From Capsulimonadaceae bacterium (GTDB lineage Bacteria; Armatimonadota; Armatimonadia; Armatimonadales; Capsulimonadaceae), in contig OZ244065.1 of the NCBI GenBank assembly GCA_965215505.1, positions 2,944,001 to 3,008,000 of the forward strand: a DNA stretch of 64,000 nt, written 5' to 3'. Both the position numbers and the translations under genes were made by a program. Below are positions 37,904-47,881 of this stretch, piece by piece. Under the pieces are notes generated by a model. It had not been told where the DNA came from and did not search any database. It worked only from the letters and a program-made list of their open reading frames with translations. The stretch's first letter is position 1. Each line of letters begins with the position of its first letter.

Positions 37904-38656
37904 ATGATTTCGGTCGAGAATGTCTCCAAAACCTACGGCGGGCAGACGGCGTTGGCGCCGACCTCGCTCGCGCCCGCGCCCGGCAAGACGACCGTGCTGA
38001 TTGGGCCGAGCGGCTGCGGCAAATCAACCCTGCTGCGGCTGATGGTCGGCCTGATCACGCCGGACGCGGGCCGGGTCGTGATCGGCGGCGAGCCGCTGAC
38101 GCCGCAGAACGTCGAGCGGCAGCGGCACGGGATCGGTTACGTCATCCAGGACGGCGGCCTGTTCCCGCACCTGACGGCGGGCCGGAACGTGTCCCTCCTG
38201 GCCCGGTTTCTGGGCAGGCCAAGTGGTGAGATCGAGAAACGGATGGGGGAACTGGCCGCCCTGGTCCAACTGCCCCCCGAGTCGCTGTCGCGCTACCCAT
38301 CCGGGCTTTCCGGGGGGCAGAGGCAGCGGATCGGCCTGATGCGCGCTTTGATGCTCGACCCACCCCTGCTGCTCTTCGACGAGCCATTGGGCGCGCTCGA
38401 CCCCATCACGCGGAGCGAGCTACAGGAGCAGCTAAAAGACATCTTCGCGCGGCTGAACAAGACGGTGGTCCTGGTGACGCACGACATGGGCGAGGCGGCC
38501 TACTTCGGCGACTCCATCGTGCTGATGCGGGCCGGGGAGATCGTCCAGGCGGGGACTCTGGAGGACCTGTTGCAGCGGCCCAGCGAGAAATACGTCTCGG
38601 ATTTTATTCGTGCCCAGCGCTCACCGCTGCCCATTCTGGTGGAGGGAGGTGCATGA
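37904..38656 (+). CDS. Osmoprotectant (glycine betaine/choline) ABC ATP-binding protein
   Basis: GPSGCGKS, IGYVIQDGGLFPH, LSGGQRQR, DEPLGALDP. Confidence 0.9.
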   Translation: MISVENVSKTYGGQTALAPTSLAPAPGKTTVLIGPSGCGKSTLLRLMVGLITPDAGRVVIGGEPLTPQNVERQRHGIGYVIQDGGLFPHLTAGRNVSLLARFLGRPSGEIEKRMGELAALVQLPPESLSRYPSGLSGGQRQRIGLMRALMLDPPLLLFDEPLGALDPITRSELQEQLKDIFARLNKTVVLVTHDMGEAAYFGDSIVLMRAGEIVQAGTLEDLLQRPSEKYVSDFIRAQRSPLPILVEGGA

Positions 38657-40254
38657 GGAAGATACCTCCCACCCCCAGCCCCTCCCACTCCAATAAAGCC
38701 CCCGCAAGCGGGAGAAGATTCGGCGCTCTGCGCCGGGGGTGGGGACTTACCCTACTCTTTCTGCTGTCTCTCACCGCCGCCTCCTGCGCCGCGCGGCCTG
38801 TGACGGTCGGGTCCAAGCGGTTCACCGAGTCCTACATTCTGGGTGAAATCCTCACCCAGGTTGCTCGCTCCGCAGGGGAGAAGGACGCTGTGCATCGGCA
38901 GGGCTTGGGCAACACCGCCATCGTCTATGGGGCGTTAAAAAGGGGCGATATAGACCTGTATGCCGACTATACGGCGACTGTCGCGCAGGAAATACTGAAG
39001 GATAAAAAAACCGGCACCCTCGATCAACTGAACACCGAGATGGAAGCGCAAGGCATCGGCGTCGGCGTCCCCCTGGGCTTCAACGACAACTATGCTCTCG
39101 CAATGCGCGAGGACGTGGCCCGGAAGCTCGGCATCCGCACCCTCTCCGACCTCGCCAAGCACCCGGAACTACGGATCGGCTTCACACAGGAGTTTCTGGG
39201 CCGCGCCGACGGGTGGCCCGGCCTGAAAGCCGCGTATCGCTTGCCAGACTTCGCGCCGCGCGGCATGGATCATGGCCTGGCCTACACGGCCCTCAACAGC
39301 GGCAGCATCGATGTAATGGACATCTACACGACGGACGCGCAGTTGTCCAAGTACAAAATGCGGACGCTGGCGGACGACCGGCATTTCTTTCCGCTCTATG
39401 ACACGGTGCTGCTGTACCGGCTGGACTTCCCGCAGAAATACCCACAGGTCTGGGCGGCCTTGCAGACCTTGCGGGACCGCATCCCGCTCCCGCGCATGAT
39501 CGCCATGAACGCGGCCGCCGACTTGAAAAGCGAGACATTTTCTGCCGTCGCCGCCGACTTCATCCAGAATGATCTGAAGGTTCAGGGGGGTGAAGCGACG
39601 CACCAGGCGAACGGCTTCTGGGCCAAGCTGTTCGGCCCCGACTTCTGGCCGCGCACCGGCGAACACCTTTTTCTGGTCTTCGTCTCGCTAGCCTTCAGCA
39701 TTTTGGTGGGCGTCCCGCTCGGCATCTGGGCGGCGCGCAGTTCCCCCGCCGCCTCCCCCATCCTCTCGACGGTCAGCGTGATCCAGACCATCCCCTCCCT
39801 GGCCCTGCTGGCGTTCCTGATTCCGGTAGCCGGGACAGGAGCACTCCCCGCCTTGGTCGCGTTGTTCCTTTACTCGCTGCTGCCGATTGTCCGCAACACC
39901 TATACCGGCCTGACCGACATCGCGCCATCCCTCCGCGAATCGGCGCGGGCGCTTGGCCTGCCGTCTGGCGCCCGCCTGCGCCTGATCGAGCTGCCCCTGG
40001 CCTCCCGCGCCATATTCGCCGGCATCAAGACTGCCGCCGTGATCAACGTCGGCACGGCGACCATCGCCGCCTTCATCGGCGCGGGCGGCTACGGCGAGCG
40101 GATCGTCACAGGGCTGGCTACGGTGAATACCGAAACGATCCTCTCCGGCGCGATCCCCGCCGCTGCCCTGGCCCTGCTGGTGCAGTACGGCTTCGACCTG
40201 CTGGACCGGGCCGTCGTCCCGGCGGGGCTGAGACAGAGTCCCCCGAGCAAGTAG
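38653..40254 (+). CDS. Osmoprotectant ABC fused substrate-binding protein/permease
   Basis: VGSKRFTESYILGE, LGFNDNYAL; QTIPSLALL, LPIVRNTYTG. Confidence 0.9.
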   Translation: MRKIPPTPSPSHSNKAPASGRRFGALRRGWGLTLLFLLSLTAASCAARPVTVGSKRFTESYILGEILTQVARSAGEKDAVHRQGLGNTAIVYGALKRGDIDLYADYTATVAQEILKDKKTGTLDQLNTEMEAQGIGVGVPLGFNDNYALAMREDVARKLGIRTLSDLAKHPELRIGFTQEFLGRADGWPGLKAAYRLPDFAPRGMDHGLAYTALNSGSIDVMDIYTTDAQLSKYKMRTLADDRHFFPLYDTVLLYRLDFPQKYPQVWAALQTLRDRIPLPRMIAMNAAADLKSETFSAVAADFIQNDLKVQGGEATHQANGFWAKLFGPDFWPRTGEHLFLVFVSLAFSILVGVPLGIWAARSSPAASPILSTVSVIQTIPSLALLAFLIPVAGTGALPALVALFLYSLLPIVRNTYTGLTDIAPSLRESARALGLPSGARLRLIELPLASRAIFAGIKTAAVINVGTATIAAFIGAGGYGERIVTGLATVNTETILSGAIPAAALALLVQYGFDLLDRAVVPAGLRQSPPSK

Positions 40255-40283
40255 GCCACGGCCTGAAAGAAAGACCTTCAAGA

Positions 40284-42377
40284 GTGGACAGAAACAAATA
40301 CGGCCGGCAAAAAGCATCCCGGATTCTTCTGCTTGTCCTCTTCGCCCTGCTCCTCACGGCACGGCACCCGGCGCAGGCCCAGCAGGCGGCAGCACAACTT
40401 CTGCCCCAGGCGGCGCTCGCAGCCAAGTACTTCGGCAATGATGCCCCCTGGTTCCAGGCCAACATCCCCTTCTTCGACTGCTCCGATCCGGAGATCGAGC
40501 AGGTCTACTACTACCGCTGGAAGGTGTACAAGTCGCACCTGAAGGACCTGGGCGACCGGGGCTACATCGTCACCGAGTTTTTGGACGATGTCCCCTGGGC
40601 CAAGCAGCCTTATCAGAGCCTCAACGACGCGACTGCGTTCCACATCCACGAGGGGCGCTGGCTGAGGGACCCGCGCTACGTCAACGACTATGTTGACTAT
40701 ATGTACACGGGCGGCGGCAACGACCGGCACTTCAGCGAGGCCATCGCCGACGCCGTGTATGCCGACTACCTGGCGACGGGGGACCGCACCGCCGCCACGA
40801 AGCATCTGGACACGATGCAGTACCTGTATCACGCCTGGGACGACCACTACGACTTTTCCAAGAGCCTGTACTACATCGAGCCGCTGCTGGATGCCACCGA
40901 GTACACCATATCCTCGATAGATGCGACGGGCGGGCGGGACGGCTTCACCGGCGGGAACGCCTTCCGGCCCTCGATCAACAGCTTCATGTACGCGGACGCA
41001 CTCGCCATCAGCAAGCTCTCCGCCCTGGCTGGCGACCAGAACACCGCCAGGGCCGCCAGGGCGTTCGCCGCTCGGGCAGATGCCCTCCGAGGAACGGTGG
41101 AGAAGGACCTGTGGAACGACGACTTCCAGCACTTCACGGACCGCTTTCAGGCGAACAACCAGAACGTCCACTACTGGGACTTCATCCGGGGCCGCGAACT
41201 CGCCGGGTACACGCCCTGGTACTTCGATCTCCCCGATGCCGACCCGAAGTACAACGCCGCCTGGCGTCACCTGCTGTCCCCCGCCGAATTGGGCGGTCCC
41301 TACGGCATCCGCACCGTGGAGCCGTCCTACCAATACTACATGAAGCAGTACCGGTACGACAAGCCGACCGGTCAGCCGGAGTGCCAGTGGAACGGACCCT
41401 CCTGGCCGTTCCAGACGACTCTGGCTTTGGGCGGCATGGCGAATCTGCTGAACGACTACTCCCAGGACGTGGTCCGCGCCGACGATTACTTCCGGCTCTT
41501 GAAGCAGTACGCCCACCAGCACTACCAGGGCGGCAAGCTGGATTTGCAGGAAGATTATAACCCCGACACGGGCGACGTAATCGTCGGCCTGCCGCGCAGC
41601 CACCATTACAACCACTCCGGCTTCAATGATCTGGTCATTACCGGTCTGGCCGGGCTGCGGCCCCGCTCCGACAACGTCCTGGAGATCCATCCCCTGGTGC
41701 CGACCGGCCCAGGCTCGGCGGAGGCCCTGCGGTACTTCTGCCTGGAGAACGTCCCCTATCACGGCCAGTCGGTCACGATCCTCTACGACCACGACGGCAA
41801 GCACTACGGCAGGGGCGTGGGCCTGTCGGTCTATGTCAACGGGAGGCGCGTCGTCGCCCCTTCGCCGCTGGGCCGGAAGACCGTCACCCTTCCTCCGCCG
41901 GTGCAGACGCCCGCCCCGCGTCCGGCGGAAGTAGACCTAGCCGTGAACTATTCCCATCAAGGCTCTCCCGTCCCGTCCGCGTCGGCGGGGGACATGCCCG
42001 CCGGCCTGTTCCAGGCTGTGGACGGGCGCGTCTGGTTCTACCCCGAGGTCCGGAACTACTGGTCCGATGCCGGGTCGCAGGCCGCCACCGACTGGTACAG
42101 CCTGGACTTCGGGCGCGAGCAGTCTTTCCGGTCCGTCCGACTCTACTTCTATGCCGACGGGACACAGTTCCAGGCCCCGGCCAAGTACACCCTGCAATAC
42201 TGGACGGGCCGGGATTGGGCGGACGTGCCCAGCCCCCGGATGACGCCCGCCCTCCCGCTGGCGAACGGGGAGAACACGATCACCTTTGCTCCACTTCGGA
42301 CCTCCCGGCTGCGCGCCGTGTTCACCAATCCAAGGGGAGCCGCCGTCGCCCTGGTCGAGATGAAAGCCTTCGGGTAA
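40284..42377 (+). CDS. Secreted glycoside hydrolase (MGH1/GH63-like) with C-terminal discoidin/CBM-like domain
   Basis: Signal peptide; YYYRW, RPSINS, QWNGPSWPFQT, HYNHS. Confidence 0.75.
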   Translation: MDRNKYGRQKASRILLLVLFALLLTARHPAQAQQAAAQLLPQAALAAKYFGNDAPWFQANIPFFDCSDPEIEQVYYYRWKVYKSHLKDLGDRGYIVTEFLDDVPWAKQPYQSLNDATAFHIHEGRWLRDPRYVNDYVDYMYTGGGNDRHFSEAIADAVYADYLATGDRTAATKHLDTMQYLYHAWDDHYDFSKSLYYIEPLLDATEYTISSIDATGGRDGFTGGNAFRPSINSFMYADALAISKLSALAGDQNTARAARAFAARADALRGTVEKDLWNDDFQHFTDRFQANNQNVHYWDFIRGRELAGYTPWYFDLPDADPKYNAAWRHLLSPAELGGPYGIRTVEPSYQYYMKQYRYDKPTGQPECQWNGPSWPFQTTLALGGMANLLNDYSQDVVRADDYFRLLKQYAHQHYQGGKLDLQEDYNPDTGDVIVGLPRSHHYNHSGFNDLVITGLAGLRPRSDNVLEIHPLVPTGPGSAEALRYFCLENVPYHGQSVTILYDHDGKHYGRGVGLSVYVNGRRVVAPSPLGRKTVTLPPPVQTPAPRPAEVDLAVNYSHQGSPVPSASAGDMPAGLFQAVDGRVWFYPEVRNYWSDAGSQAATDWYSLDFGREQSFRSVRLYFYADGTQFQAPAKYTLQYWTGRDWADVPSPRMTPALPLANGENTITFAPLRTSRLRAVFTNPRGAAVALVEMKAFG

Positions 42378-42380
42378 GCC

Positions 42381-42809
42381 ATGACGATCACCTACAAGAC
42401 CGACACAGATGGCGTTGACTGGCACGAGATGAAGGCGACGCTGTTGGCAGATGACTTTGACAACGGGCGCACCCCGGCGCAGCTTGAAATGTCGTTCGCG
42501 AACAGCGCCCACGTCTGTCTCGCCTACGCCGAGGGGAAGATCATCGGTACGGCCCGCGCCCTCTCGGACGGCGTCTGCAACGGCTACATCGTGGACGTCT
42601 GGACTCTGACGGCCCACCGCCATCAGGGCATCGCTTCGGCCATGATGCGGCGTCTGCTGGACAAGATGCCGGGGCAGCATGTGTACCTGTTTTCGGACGA
42701 CGCGGTGGACTTTTACCAAAAGCTCGGCTTCGTGGAGCGCCCGGTGGGTTTAGAGACCGTGGTCGGGCGGTGGCTGGAGAATGCTCCTCTCCCTCACAGT
42801 ACGGACTGA
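42381..42809 (+). CDS. GNAT family N-acetyltransferase
   Basis: IGTARALSDG, HRHQGIA, FYQKLGF. Confidence 0.88.
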   Translation: MTITYKTDTDGVDWHEMKATLLADDFDNGRTPAQLEMSFANSAHVCLAYAEGKIIGTARALSDGVCNGYIVDVWTLTAHRHQGIASAMMRRLLDKMPGQHVYLFSDDAVDFYQKLGFVERPVGLETVVGRWLENAPLPHSTD

Positions 42810-42843
42810 CGCGGGCATGAACGCAGGCCCATTGAGGGGATAA

Positions 42844-43110
42844 ATGGACGTTTGGCCGCCTCCACCGACTAACAAGAAGCCTGAGCCTGACGGCAGGCAT
42901 GGTATGCCAGGGCTACTGATCATTAAGACAGTGGCTTATGTCGCCGCACTTGTTGGGGCTTTGCTTGTGTCTCTCATCTTCTACGCCGTCATTGCCGGAG
43001 ATCAGGCACCTGGTAAACATTCGCCCCGCCCGGTCGGCTGGGCGTTGGCGTCGGTTGTTCTGGCATGGGTAGTCGTCACCGGCCTGAACCGCTGGCGGAA
43101 GAAGCGTTAG
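42844..43110 (+). CDS. Small two-TM membrane protein with N-terminal DVWPPPP
   Basis: GAGG RBS; two hydrophobic segments; basic tail. Confidence 0.6.
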   Translation: MDVWPPPPTNKKPEPDGRHGMPGLLIIKTVAYVAALVGALLVSLIFYAVIAGDQAPGKHSPRPVGWALASVVLAWVVVTGLNRWRKKR

Positions 43111-43230
43111 CATCTGTTCATCTAGGCCGAGGCTTTATGCGCGCCATCTGAACGCGAGAGCCGCTGACAGGGCAAGCGACATCCCTTCCGCGAAGTTCGC
43201 GCCGGGGAGAGGAACGGGTATCATCACCCC

Positions 43231-43917
43231 ATGGGCGGCTATTACATCAATGTCAACATCAAGGCGACCGATTCGGGCAAAGTGCGCGGGCTGCTGACGA
43301 CACTCTTCACCGGCGAAGGCTTCCGGCCAATCGCGGAGGCGTCGGCCTCCGCCGTGACCGAGGATGAGGCCAACCTGCCGGATGGCGACGGCTGGTACGG
43401 CGTCCTCGTCAGCGGCGTGTCGGGCAAGGGGTGGGTTTCGGTCTATGTCGAGGACTGGCAGGACAGCGGGTTCCTCGCCAAGCGCCTGTCGCAAGCCGCT
43501 GAGGCCCCCGTTCTGGAGACGTGGGTGGCGGATGACACCCATTGGGGCTATAACTACTATCAGGGTGGCGAGGTGCGGGACCGCTTCGCCGACGATCCTT
43601 CCAAAGTCGCCGAGGACGCAGACGAAGCCGCGCTGTACCGGGGCGATGCCACTGCGCTTGCCCCCATCCTGCAAGTCCCGGCGGCCCGGTTTGAGGCCGC
43701 GCTGCAAGAGGCGCGCGAGAGCGCAGGCCAGTTCGCGGCGGGGCCGCTGGACGCGCTGGCCCTGGCCGTCGGCCTGCCGTTCGAACACGTCTTCACCAGC
43801 TACGACCACTTCTTCGACGACGACCCCGAGGACTACAGCGAAGACCTGGAAGACTGGCCCGCCTTCCGGCACCTTGCCTTCCAGCCGCCGCCGGGGCGAG
43901 AGACGCTTTCGGAGTGA
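43231..43917 (+). CDS. Acidic hypothetical protein
   Basis: Host-like codon use; TATCAT 6 nt upstream of the ATG. Confidence 0.7.
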   Translation: MGGYYINVNIKATDSGKVRGLLTTLFTGEGFRPIAEASASAVTEDEANLPDGDGWYGVLVSGVSGKGWVSVYVEDWQDSGFLAKRLSQAAEAPVLETWVADDTHWGYNYYQGGEVRDRFADDPSKVAEDADEAALYRGDATALAPILQVPAARFEAALQEARESAGQFAAGPLDALALAVGLPFEHVFTSYDHFFDDDPEDYSEDLEDWPAFRHLAFQPPPGRETLSE

Positions 43918-43920
43918 GGA

Positions 43921-44138
43921 AGGGAGGGGAGTAGGACGAGGGCAGAGGGACGAGTGATTGAAATCACTCGCTACGGCAGGATTTGTCCAGGGGGACAAGG
44001 GAGCGTCAGAGGCCTCGGCACGGTTCCCGATCCTGCCCCTCTTCCCGGTCCTGCCCCTCTTCTGTCCCCTGGACAGGTCTGATGGGAGCGAGTGATTTCA
44101 ATCACTCGTCCCTCTGCCCTCGTCCTACTCCCCTCCCT
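43921..44138. repeat. REPIN/MITE-like element, family B copy 2
   Basis: Perfect 52-bp IR (43921-43972 / 44087-44138); left arm reads GTAGCGAGTGATTTCAATCACTCG on the minus strand. Confidence 0.9.
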
Positions 44139-44144
44139 CCACTT

Positions 44145-45749
44145 ATGAGCCAAACCAAGACCCTCCGCGACCGCAAGCGCCAGCTCGGCCAGTTCCTCAC
44201 GCCGCCGGAGACGGCCCGCCGCCTGCTTGAAAACTTCGCCTTTGCCCGCGACGACACGGTCCTGGAACCGAGCTTTGGCGACGGCTCGTTTTTGCTGCCT
44301 CTGATCGAGAAATTCCTGCCCTTATACGATGGCCCTCTGGCGGAGCGGCTGGACCAGGTATTGAGCCGCAACATCTACGGTGTGGAGATTGACCCCGCCC
44401 TCTATGCCTGCTGTCTTGACGCCATCGCTCGGCGATGGGGGTACTGTCCCGGTAGCCATAACCTGCTGTGCGGAGACTTCTTTCGGACCGCGTTTCCCGC
44501 CCACTTTGCTTACATCATCGGCAACCCGCCGTTTGGCGGGACGATCGCGCCGGAACTTCAAGACGCGCTGGACCGGGAATTTGGGTGGCGTGGCGGGCTG
44601 AAGATCAAAAAGGAAACCTACTCGTTTTTCATCGTCAAGTGCCTGGACCTGCTGAAACCCGGCGGGCGGCTGCGCTTCATTTGCAGCGACACGTTCCTGA
44701 CCATCAACACCATGCAAGGCCTCCGGCGGCTCCTGCTGGACACTGGGGCACCCAAAGTGACTCGGCTGGACGTGTTCTCGGAGGAGACGAAGTACGCGAT
44801 GGTGGTCCTGGACTACGCCAAGACAGGCCCCGTCCCCGCACTGACGGTGGACGGCAAGGCAGTGACGCGGGAGCAGATCGCGCTCACCGGCAACCACTCG
44901 TGGCAGATCACGGACGATTACGCGCCTTACTTCGCCGGGCCGAGGCTCGGGGATTACTTACTGGCGACAAGCGGCATGACCATCGGGAACAATGCCCTGT
45001 TCGTGCGGCCTATCGTGGACGGCAAGGTCATGGAGCCTTACGACTTCGAGTTTTTTGACCAGCCGACTACGCTGGAAAACGAGGTGCGGCGGGCGCGGCT
45101 CGGTTTCCTTTCCCCGGCGAAGCGGGCCGAGATCGCCGCGCAAGCCTGTCGGGGCGAGACGCGGCGCAGCGTGCGCGGCCTGCCGCGAGCGGAGGCGCTG
45201 ACGGTCACGCTCCCCCACCCCGACTACCGGCCTTACAACAAGGCATTGAACGCGCTGGTCTATGCGCCTCCTTCCCATGTCGTCTACTGGAAAGACGAGG
45301 GCGAGGCCGTGATGACTTTCAAGAAGGGCGGCCCGTGGTATCTGCACGGGGTCGGCGGCGCAAAGCATTTCGGGCGCGAGGGCTTGACCTGGCAGCTCAT
45401 CTCGCAGACCTTAAACGCGCGCTATCTGCCGCCCGGCTACATATTTGATAGCGGAGCGCCCTGCGCCTTCTTGCGCGAGGGCGTGGCGGGCAACGAGCTA
45501 TACTTTATCCTGGGCTGGACGTTTTCGGACCTGTGCCACCGGCTGCTGAAAGACGTCATCAACCATACGAAGAACATCCAGGGCAAGGACTTCGAGCGGC
45601 TGCCTTATCCGTTCTGGGTGACGGCGGAGACGAAGCGGGCGGTGACGGAGCAGGTCAAGGGGATGGTGGCCGAGGCGCAGGCGGGGCGCGTGTTCCGGCG
45701 GGGGGATGCGGAGGTTGCGGAGGTCGGGGCGGCGTTCTTGATGCCGTGA
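44145..45749 (+). CDS. N6-adenine DNA methyltransferase (Eco57I/TaqI-like)
   Basis: LGQFLTP, LEPSFGDGSF (motif I), IIGNPPF (motif IV); ATG 44145 just after the REPIN. Confidence 0.85.
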   Translation: MSQTKTLRDRKRQLGQFLTPPETARRLLENFAFARDDTVLEPSFGDGSFLLPLIEKFLPLYDGPLAERLDQVLSRNIYGVEIDPALYACCLDAIARRWGYCPGSHNLLCGDFFRTAFPAHFAYIIGNPPFGGTIAPELQDALDREFGWRGGLKIKKETYSFFIVKCLDLLKPGGRLRFICSDTFLTINTMQGLRRLLLDTGAPKVTRLDVFSEETKYAMVVLDYAKTGPVPALTVDGKAVTREQIALTGNHSWQITDDYAPYFAGPRLGDYLLATSGMTIGNNALFVRPIVDGKVMEPYDFEFFDQPTTLENEVRRARLGFLSPAKRAEIAAQACRGETRRSVRGLPRAEALTVTLPHPDYRPYNKALNALVYAPPSHVVYWKDEGEAVMTFKKGGPWYLHGVGGAKHFGREGLTWQLISQTLNARYLPPGYIFDSGAPCAFLREGVAGNELYFILGWTFSDLCHRLLKDVINHTKNIQGKDFERLPYPFWVTAETKRAVTEQVKGMVAEAQAGRVFRRGDAEVAEVGAAFLMP

Positions 45750-45802
45750 CGGCGGCGAACAGGCGTGCGTCCACGCGAATATATGGTAGAATGTCTGCCA
45801 TC

Positions 45803-46657
45803 ATGTTCGACACGATCTACGGCGTGGATTTCAGCGGGGCGCGGCTGGCGGGCCGCCATGCCTGGGTGGCGCGCATCGAGCGCGCGGCCCCGCCTTCCCC
45901 TTCCGCCTACCGACTGACGCGGCTCGCGCGGCTGGACGCGCTGGCGGGCGCGGCGGAGCGCGAGTCGGCCCTGGCCCATCTGGTGCAGGCCGTCATGGCT
46001 TCCGACAGCGCTCTGTGGGCGTTGGGCTTCCCCTTCGGCCTGCCGGTCGAGGTGCTGCCCCAGACGGAGCAGGGCGGCTGGCCGAGCCAGATCGAGTTCC
46101 TGCGGGAATGGGGCGAGGACGCCTACGCGGCGGGCGTCGAGTGCCTGAACCGGGCGAAGGCGCTGGGACATCAGGGGCATATCCGTCGCCTGACCGATGT
46201 GGAAACGCGGGCACCGTGGGACACCTACAGCTACCGCATCATCTACCAGACATTCTATGGGATGCGCGACGTGCTGGGGAAACTATGGGGCACGGATGGC
46301 ACGGTCATTCTGCCCTTCGACTACGCGCGCCTGCCGAGTGCGCGGCGTGTGGTTGTGGAAGCCTGCCCTGCCTCCACGCTGAAACGGCTGGGCCTGCCGC
46401 ACACCGGCTACAAGGTGACGGGGGCAGGGGCACTGACGGCGGCCCACCGGCGGGCGCGGCGGCAGATCGTGGCGGGACTTGCGGGACACGTCTCGGTGGG
46501 CCGTGTCCGCCGCCGGCTTCTGATGCAGGACCCGGCGGGCGATGCCCTGGATGCACTGATCGCCGCCGTCGGCGCGGCGGGGGCGTGGGCGTATATGGAC
46601 CATAGAGAGGCCGCCGTTCACCCGCGCTATGTGCGGGAGGGGCGGCATTATGCGTAG
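45803..46657 (+). CDS. DUF429-like predicted nuclease (RNase H fold)
   Basis: YGVDFSGA, FPFGLP, VEACPA, DALDALIAA. Confidence 0.7.
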   Translation: MFDTIYGVDFSGARLAGRHAWVARIERAAPPSPSAYRLTRLARLDALAGAAERESALAHLVQAVMASDSALWALGFPFGLPVEVLPQTEQGGWPSQIEFLREWGEDAYAAGVECLNRAKALGHQGHIRRLTDVETRAPWDTYSYRIIYQTFYGMRDVLGKLWGTDGTVILPFDYARLPSARRVVVEACPASTLKRLGLPHTGYKVTGAGALTAAHRRARRQIVAGLAGHVSVGRVRRRLLMQDPAGDALDALIAAVGAAGAWAYMDHREAAVHPRYVREGRHYA

Positions 46658-46662
46658 GGGCC

Positions 46663-46747
46663 AAAGAGGGCGCGGGTGGGGAAAGAGGGCGCGGGTGGGG
46701 GAAGAGGGCGCGGTGTTTGGATAGGGCGCGATGAATCGCGCCCCTAC
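46663..46747. repeat. Short ~19-bp tandem repeats followed by a GTAG-type REP
   Basis: aaagagggcgcgggtgggg x ~2.6; REP 46724-46747 identical to 7124-7147. Confidence 0.85.
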
Positions 46748-47172
46748 AGTTGCAGGCGCATCAGGTAGTGAGGAATGCCCGCGTCGTCGAACTCCTCGCC
46801 TTCGGCCACGAAGCCCAGGCGCTCGTAGAATGGGATGGCGTAGGTCTGCGAGTCCAGCATCGCCTCAGAGAATCCCTGCCGCCGGGCTTCGTCCAAGACG
46901 GCGCGCATCAGGAGGAGGCCCAGGCCACGGCCGCGCATTTCTTGTAGGACGGCGACGCGGCCGATCTTCGCTCGGCCGTGTTTGTCCAACAGCCGCGCGG
47001 TTGCCAAGGGCACGTCCCCATCCCGGAGCAGGAAATGGGTGGCGGTGTCGTCGTACTCGTCCAGTTCCAGCTCGACGGGAACGGCCTGCTCCTCGACGAA
47101 CACGGTCTTGCGGATGGCGTAGCACGCCTCGAACTCTGCGGGCGTTTGAACGATGGTGATGGTTACGGGCAT
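46744..47172 (-). CDS. GNAT acetyltransferase, ElaA-like
   Basis: IRKTVFVEEQ, KIGRVAV, RGRGLG, FDDAGIPH. Confidence 0.9.
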   Translation of the reverse strand: MPVTITIVQTPAEFEACYAIRKTVFVEEQAVPVELELDEYDDTATHFLLRDGDVPLATARLLDKHGRAKIGRVAVLQEMRGRGLGLLLMRAVLDEARRQGFSEAMLDSQTYAIPFYERLGFVAEGEEFDDAGIPHYLMRLQL

Positions 47173-47180
47173 AGGATAGA

Positions 47181-47873
47181 TCAGTCCAGGAAACGGAATT
47201 TGAGCAGCGCCCAGGCGGCGTCGAAGGCGTCACGCCAGCCGATCTTTTTGCCCTGCGCTTCGGTCCGAGGGTGGTAGCGGATCGGCACCTCGTAGACCTT
47301 ATACCCGCGCTTGATGATCTTGGCGGTCACCTCGGGGCAGAAGTCGAAGCGGGCGCAGCGCAGGGGGATGGAGGCTAGGACGTCCCGGCGGAACATCTTG
47401 TAGCAGGTGGCCTCGTCGGTGATTTGGGTGCCAAACAGGGCATTGGTGAGCCAGGGCAGCAGCCGGCGGGCGACATAAAACTTGTCGCGCACCTCCTGGT
47501 TCAGTCGAACAGCCTCAGCGGACAGCCGCGTCCCGTAGACGACGGCAGCGCCCGCCTCGATCTGCCGGAGCATCGGCCCGAAGTCGCGCGGGTCGTACTC
47601 GCAGTCGGCATCCTGGATGACCACCACGTCGCCCGTCGCGTGGGCGAGGGCCGCGCGGATCGCCGCGCCCTTGCCGGCGTTTTGGGGGGCGTAAACGATC
47701 TTGAGGTGCGGGTCGTGCGCTTCTTCCAGGGCGCGCAGCCGTGCCCGCGTCTCGTCGGTCGAGCCATCGTCCACCACGACCAGTTCCAGGTCGAGCGGCA
47801 GGGCCAGCACCTCGCCGATGATGCGCGCCACCGTGTCTTCCTCATTGTAGACCGGCATCAGAACGGACAGCAT
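47181..47873 (-). CDS. Glycosyltransferase family 2 (DPM1-like)
   Basis: PVYNEE, VDDGSTD, GKGAA, QDAD. Confidence 0.93.
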   Translation of the reverse strand: MLSVLMPVYNEEDTVARIIGEVLALPLDLELVVVDDGSTDETRARLRALEEAHDPHLKIVYAPQNAGKGAAIRAALAHATGDVVVIQDADCEYDPRDFGPMLRQIEAGAAVVYGTRLSAEAVRLNQEVRDKFYVARRLLPWLTNALFGTQITDEATCYKMFRRDVLASIPLRCARFDFCPEVTAKIIKRGYKVYEVPIRYHPRTEAQGKKIGWRDAFDAAWALLKFRFLD

Positions 47874-47881
47874 GACCAGCT

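Noticed and set aside
40278-41804. 508-aa minus-strand ORF
   Set aside because: Antisense shadow of the glycoside hydrolase
43983-44144. N-terminal extension of the MTase
   Set aside because: Lies within the inverted-repeat element
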